In this document: positions 59,501-64,000 of the stretch, piece by piece
Position numbering within the stretch: position 1 is the first letter of the stretch
How the letters are laid out: each line of letters starts with the position of its first letter
NCBI GenBank assembly: GCA_038042445.1
Contig: JBBTED010000027.1
Coordinates: 1 to 64,000, forward strand
From: Candidatus Firestoneibacteriota bacterium
GTDB lineage: Bacteria; Oederibacteriota; D2-FULL-39-29; JBBTED01
Length of the DNA stretch: 64,000 nt
Direction: 5' to 3'
The notes under the pieces: model-generated
Seen by the model: the letters and a program-made list of their open reading frames with translations, nothing else
Database searches by the model: none
Told to the model about the DNA's origin: nothing
Position numbers and translations under genes: made by a program

Positions 59501-60264
59501 ATTATTGCTACCACTCTGCACCAGCCGGCACTTGCTTTTTCAATTTTAACAGGAAAACAAATTATTTTAAAGCCGAAAGGTTTGGGAATCTTATCCAAAT
59601 TAGCAAGTTTTTCTATATGACAGTATTCAATTTTTTTCCCAACAAAATGTGCAGGAAATATAAAAGTATTATCTTTGGTTTTAAGAAAATCCTGCAACAT
59701 ATTAATTGCAGGTCTGTCAAAACCCCATGCATCTATCCCAAGTATTTTAACACCTTGTTTTAAAATATATTCTGTCCCTTCGGCACTCATTCCAGAATGT
59801 GCTGAAAAATAATTATCTTTTTCAAAATATTTGTCTGCACCTGTCATTATCAATACAATATCATAGGGCTTTATTTTATAGTTTATTTTATCTAATGCTT
59901 TTTGCACATCTATCTGCAAAATTGCATCACCTTGTTGTTTATGCCTAAAATCAAGAAGGACACCATCATTATAACACCATTCTAAAGGAATCTCATCAAC
60001 TGTTATTGCTTTTTTACCATTAATCTGCGAAGTAAAATGCCAAGGAGCATCAAGATGTGTTCCTGAATGTGTATCTAATATTATTTCTTCATTTGCAAGA
60101 CCTCTACCATCAGGAAAATCTTTTTCAGTTATTTGAGTTTTAAAAATATTACTCGCAGCAGCACTAAGATTTTTTGCACCCTCTATATGATTAAAATATT
60201 TTATTTTGGGTGACTCAGGCTCCGGTGTATTATTTTTAATAGGTAAACTCAAGTCAATAAGCAT
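59497..60264 (-). CDS. cyclase family protein (kynurenine formamidase/polyketide cyclase fold)
   Basis: HSGTHLDAPWHF, GIDAWGFDRP, PAH, HIEKLANL, FPVKI..ASAGW.RVVA. Confidence 0.85.
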   Translation of the reverse strand: MLIDLSLPIKNNTPEPESPKIKYFNHIEGAKNLSAAASNIFKTQITEKDFPDGRGLANEEIILDTHSGTHLDAPWHFTSQINGKKAITVDEIPLEWCYNDGVLLDFRHKQQGDAILQIDVQKALDKINYKIKPYDIVLIMTGADKYFEKDNYFSAHSGMSAEGTEYILKQGVKILGIDAWGFDRPAINMLQDFLKTKDNTFIFPAHFVGKKIEYCHIEKLANLDKIPKPFGFKIICFPVKIEKASAGWCRVVAII

Positions 60265-60272
60265 TTTATTTT

Positions 60273-60677
60273 TTACAAATCTTTTTTATGAACCATAAAT
60301 GGTTTTTGACCTACAAACTCACCATTTGCAAATATCCTGAATGCATATTTGCCTGGCTCATTAAAAACTATGCCGTGCAAATTAAATACTAATTCATAAC
60401 TTGCCAGTTTATCAACTACATCAATTTCAGGTATTTCTGTCTTAGCAACAACTATATCTGTATCAAAATTAACGAATTCTAAAGCAAATTTATATATTCC
60501 CAATGCATCAGTAAATTTTACAAACACACTCAAAGATGGATGTGCGCAGGGAAAAGAAGATGCTGAGATATTTTCAAATAATCCAATTAAACTCTTCTTA
60601 TTTGTTCCAACTTCAGTAATTACTGTATCGCATATAAGCATTGCATTCAAATGCGGTTTTAGATTTGAAGTATTCAT
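60273..60677 (-). CDS. hypothetical protein (DUF6941-like)
   Basis: CD.V...NKKSLIGLF...PG.Y pattern. Confidence 0.55.
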   Translation of the reverse strand: MNTSNLKPHLNAMLICDTVITEVGTNKKSLIGLFENISASSFPCAHPSLSVFVKFTDALGIYKFALEFVNFDTDIVVAKTEIPEIDVVDKLASYELVFNLHGIVFNEPGKYAFRIFANGEFVGQKPFMVHKKDL

Positions 60678-60709
60678 ATTTTTACCTTCTCACTACTGTT
60701 ACATTTAAA

Positions 60710-60848
60710 GTAACATTAGCCATTCTAAGAATATACATTATTATTGTAGCTGCAGAGCAAAGCTCTGCTAAAAACCAGCAAAGCTTTCGCTTTGCGGCTA
60801 CATAAACTATACAAAATCCATTAAATATTAGAATGGCTAACCTATTAC
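60710..60848. mobile_element. MITE type 2, copy 2
   Basis: near-identical to 56155-56295; 8-bp TSD CATTTAAA (60702-60709, 60849-60856). Confidence 0.85.
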
Positions 60849-60895
60849 CATTTAAAAGACTTTGGTTCCCCGATTACTCGGGAATGACAGAATTT

Positions 60896-62383
60896 TTACT
60901 TTACAACTGCTGGAGTTGATTTTTGTATTATCTCTGCACCTTTTAGCACATCTATTGCTCGTAGGACAACAGGATCTTCAGACAAAGCAGTAACCTGCGC
61001 AGCATCGTCATTTTTCAATAAGCGAACAATTTCCATTTTAATAGAACGACTTATAAAAGATTTACCTTTTGATGCATCATCATCACTAATAGTATATCCA
61101 TTTGCCTTTGCAAAACTAATAAAATCCTGAATAATTTTTTCGCTAATTTTAATATCAACAGTAATATCTTTATGTTCTTCTATATATTTTTTTGCATAAT
61201 GGATAAAATGTTCATAGTATTGTAATTTCCATACAGATTCCGGTATAAATGGTTCATCTTCTACTAGAACATCCGGAGCTATTCCTTTTTCATGAATAAG
61301 TCTTCCACTTGGCGTATAATAATATGCAGTTGTAAGTTTTAACCCAGCTCCATTATTCATCGGATATATACTTTGCACAGAACCTTTGCCAAAAGTTTGG
61401 CTTCCTATTATTACTCCTCTTCCACTATCTTGTATTACACCTGTTACAATTTCAGAAGCACTTGCACTACCTTTATTAACCAATACAACCAATGGCTCAG
61501 GATGAGGTGCAGCACCACTATCTGCATAATAATTTCTGTTTTGTTCTTTAATTCTACCTTTTGTATAAACTATTAATTTACCATCACCAATAAATTTACA
61601 AGAAACATCAACTGCAGAAGAAAGTAATCCACCAGGATTACCACGTAAATCTAAAATTAATGCTTTAACTTTTGAAGTTTCTAAATCCTTTAATGCTTTT
61701 TCCAAATCTGCACTTGTTTTCTCCATAAAACTTCGGACACGAACATATCCAATATCGCCATTTAAAACATAAGACTGAACACTTATCATTTTAATTGTTT
61801 CTCTTGTAACTATAATATCAAATGGTTCTTTAACACTTTCACGTAATATTGTTATAGTAACTTGAGTCCCTCTTGGACCTCTTAATTTTTTTACAGCCTC
61901 GTTTATTGTAATATCTTTTGTAGTTTCTCCATTTATTTTTATTATTTTATCTCCTGATTTTACACCTGCTTTATACGCAGGAGTTCCTTCAATAGGAGAT
62001 ACTACAGTAAGCACATCACTTCGTATTGATATTTCTATTCCAAGTCCTTCAAAAGAACCACCTGTATCTGTTTGAAGCTCTTTATATTCCTCTGCATCCA
62101 TAAACTGGCTATGTGGATCAAGTGTAGAAACCATACCCTTAATTGCTCCCTGAATTAATTTTTGCGAATCAGCTTTGTCAACATCTACATAAGATTGCTG
62201 TATTTGTGAAAGAACATCTACAAACGGAACCATATCCTGATATGTCTTTTCTATAATTTCTCTTGGTTTATCCTGACCAATTGCACCAATTGAAAATCCA
62301 ACCAGAATAGCTAATATCCCTATACCACTCACTTTGTTCGGGTATAGGGCATGCCCTATTACTTTTAATATTCTTTTATACAT
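60896..62383 (-). CDS. ctpA: S41 carboxyl-terminal processing protease
   Basis: LDPHS, PDZ, DLRGNPGG, SASASEI, TFGKGSVQ. Confidence 0.93.
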   Translation of the reverse strand: MYKRILKVIGHALYPNKVSGIGILAILVGFSIGAIGQDKPREIIEKTYQDMVPFVDVLSQIQQSYVDVDKADSQKLIQGAIKGMVSTLDPHSQFMDAEEYKELQTDTGGSFEGLGIEISIRSDVLTVVSPIEGTPAYKAGVKSGDKIIKINGETTKDITINEAVKKLRGPRGTQVTITILRESVKEPFDIIVTRETIKMISVQSYVLNGDIGYVRVRSFMEKTSADLEKALKDLETSKVKALILDLRGNPGGLLSSAVDVSCKFIGDGKLIVYTKGRIKEQNRNYYADSGAAPHPEPLVVLVNKGSASASEIVTGVIQDSGRGVIIGSQTFGKGSVQSIYPMNNGAGLKLTTAYYYTPSGRLIHEKGIAPDVLVEDEPFIPESVWKLQYYEHFIHYAKKYIEEHKDITVDIKISEKIIQDFISFAKANGYTISDDDASKGKSFISRSIKMEIVRLLKNDDAAQVTALSEDPVVLRAIDVLKGAEIIQKSTPAVVK

Positions 62384-62468
62384 AAATTTCCTCCCTAATT
62401 AAACCTGTTGCATTTAAAAGACTCTGGATTCCCGATAGAAACATTCGGGAATGACAAAATACTATTTA

Positions 62469-63656
62469 TTATTTGTTTTTTAACCACTTAAGTGGATCCA
62501 ATGGAGTTCCTTGTTTTCTTATTTCAAAATATAATGCAGCTCCATATAACGAACTTGTATCACCTACTAAACCTATGCTTTTTCCAATTTCCACTCTTTC
62601 TCCAAGTGACACAGTTATTTCTGAAAGATGCCCGTAAATTGTATAATAATTTGCTCCATGGTCTAAGATAATCATTTTCCCATATCCCTTAAACCAATCA
62701 GCATATATTACTACACCTGTACTTACTGTATCTACTGATTGACCAATAGAAGACGATATTTCTATACCTTTATTAAAAACACTTATATTAAATTTTTTAT
62801 GCTTTTGCGAGCCAAAATTAGAAACAACCTTTCCCTTAACAGGCCACATAAGCTTACCTTTAGATTTTTCAAATCCGAGCTTAGCAAGGGTTTTTTGTTC
62901 TTCATAAGAACCAACTTGTGTTTCTAATTTCTTTACTAATGTTAATAATTCCTTACTTGCTTCCTCCAGTTCAGCTATTGCCTGCTGATATGCCTGTTTT
63001 TCTTTTCTTATTTTAACAAGCAAAACTTCTTTTCGTTTTTTCTCAACAGTTGCTTCGCTTTGCTTCTTTAAAGTTAATTCTTTAAGTATTTTATAACGTG
63101 CTTTTTTATATTCAAGTTCTCGTTTTTTATTCTCAATTTTTATTTTCTGATCTTCAACTTCTTTTTTCAACTCAGCAGTATTTTTTAATACATCCTGCAT
63201 AAACTTGTAACGATTTAAAAACTGACTGATAGTTTGTGAAGTTAAAAGTATTTCCCACCAATAAAGTTTTCCATGTTTATAAAGAACCCTTAATCTCTGA
63301 TGTAATTTTTTTCTAATTTTTGAAAGCTTATCATTTGCTTCTTGCAGTTCATTTTCTGTTATTTTTATTTTTTCTTCTGTTACAGTTAATTCAAGATTAT
63401 AAGTTGCTATTTGTTTTTCCAGAAAATCTATCTGCTTTTCTACTTTTTCTAATTCACCCAGTATTCCTTTTTCTTTTATTTCTGCTTGCTGTTTTTTTGT
63501 TTCTTCAGCTTCTATTTTTTTTTCAAGCTTATTGAAATTTTCTTTGGTTTTTTCTATTGACCCTTTATAATCATCTATTTTTTTATCAAGGTCAACAGCA
63601 AATACAAAAGGCACAGAAATAAAAATTGCAATTATTAAAGTTATTACATCCTTCAT
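62469..63656 (-). CDS. envC: murein hydrolase activator (coiled coil plus M23 domain)
   Basis: signal peptide, long coiled coil, WPVKG, YGHL, LYFEIR; ATG overlaps the ftsX stop. Confidence 0.88.
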   Translation of the reverse strand: MKDVITLIIAIFISVPFVFAVDLDKKIDDYKGSIEKTKENFNKLEKKIEAEETKKQQAEIKEKGILGELEKVEKQIDFLEKQIATYNLELTVTEEKIKITENELQEANDKLSKIRKKLHQRLRVLYKHGKLYWWEILLTSQTISQFLNRYKFMQDVLKNTAELKKEVEDQKIKIENKKRELEYKKARYKILKELTLKKQSEATVEKKRKEVLLVKIRKEKQAYQQAIAELEEASKELLTLVKKLETQVGSYEEQKTLAKLGFEKSKGKLMWPVKGKVVSNFGSQKHKKFNISVFNKGIEISSSIGQSVDTVSTGVVIYADWFKGYGKMIILDHGANYYTIYGHLSEITVSLGERVEIGKSIGLVGDTSSLYGAALYFEIRKQGTPLDPLKWLKNK

Positions 63657-64000
63657 GCCTTGAGGAATCTTCCTATTGCTAATGAACTTCCTAAAATCCC
63701 AAGACCTGTTCCAAATCCAAGTATTATCCATACTATGGTTATATTAAAAACAAGTATTTTCATACCCAAAAAAGAATTGATTTCTTTTAATCCAAGTGAA
63801 CTTGCAATAAATAAAATTACTATAGCAGCAATACCACCAATTAACCCACTTAACATACCTTCAATAATAAATGGCAATCTTATAAACCAATTTGTAGCAC
63901 CTAAAAGCTTCATTGTTTTTATTTCTTCCCTGCGAGCATATAATGCAAGCCTTGTAGTATTTGCTACAATAAATACTGCAGATATAAATACCAATGCAGT
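63653..64000 (-). CDS. ftsX: cell division permease FtsX (3' part; runs off the window)
   Basis: NTTRLALYARREEI..MKLLGATNWFIRLPF..EG. Confidence 0.9.
   Translation of the reverse strand, partial: TALVFISAVFIVANTTRLALYARREEIKTMKLLGATNWFIRLPFIIEGMLSGLIGGIAAIVILFIASSLGLKEINSFLGMKILVFNITIVWIILGFGTGLGILGSSLAIGRFLKA

Noticed and set aside
1..64000. tRNA, rRNA, integrase, transposase or REP-associated tyrosine transposase genes
   Set aside because: None recognised; the enzymes mobilising the repeats must be encoded elsewhere or lost.

Overview
AT-rich genomic DNA from a diderm, anaerobically respiring bacterium (porins, Tat signals, many CxxCH cytochromes). Housekeeping genes lie at both ends (proS and trxA; ctpA-envC-ftsX). 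Between them is a large respiratory region: a group 3b [NiFe]-hydrogenase operon with a diheme sensor kinase; a sigma54-controlled porin/cytochrome/Cys-type formate dehydrogenase operon; a tetraheme-NrfC-NrfD module divergent from menA; a small island bounded by two TA modules; and a Tat-exported DMSO-reductase-family enzyme operon. The last has an AioX/ArxX-like binding protein, a sensor kinase, a NarL-type regulator, and a P3-less Moco/Tuco riboswitch ahead of moaA-MOT1-mobB. Next come three very large multiheme cytochromes (two CbcL-like) and a type II PKS-like mini-cluster (KS-alpha-like synthase, aromatase, cyclase, two ICMT methyltransferases, B12 radical SAM) translationally coupled to a 7TM histidine kinase. 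Intergenic spaces are packed with REP-like palindromes and nested MITEs with visible target-site duplications. The strongest candidates for undescribed systems are (1) the split oxyanion-respiration regulon, linked by a shared operator, and (2) the CLF/ACP-less aromatic polyketide/phenolic lipid cluster with its own receptor kinase. All product calls come from motif recognition; no database searches were run.
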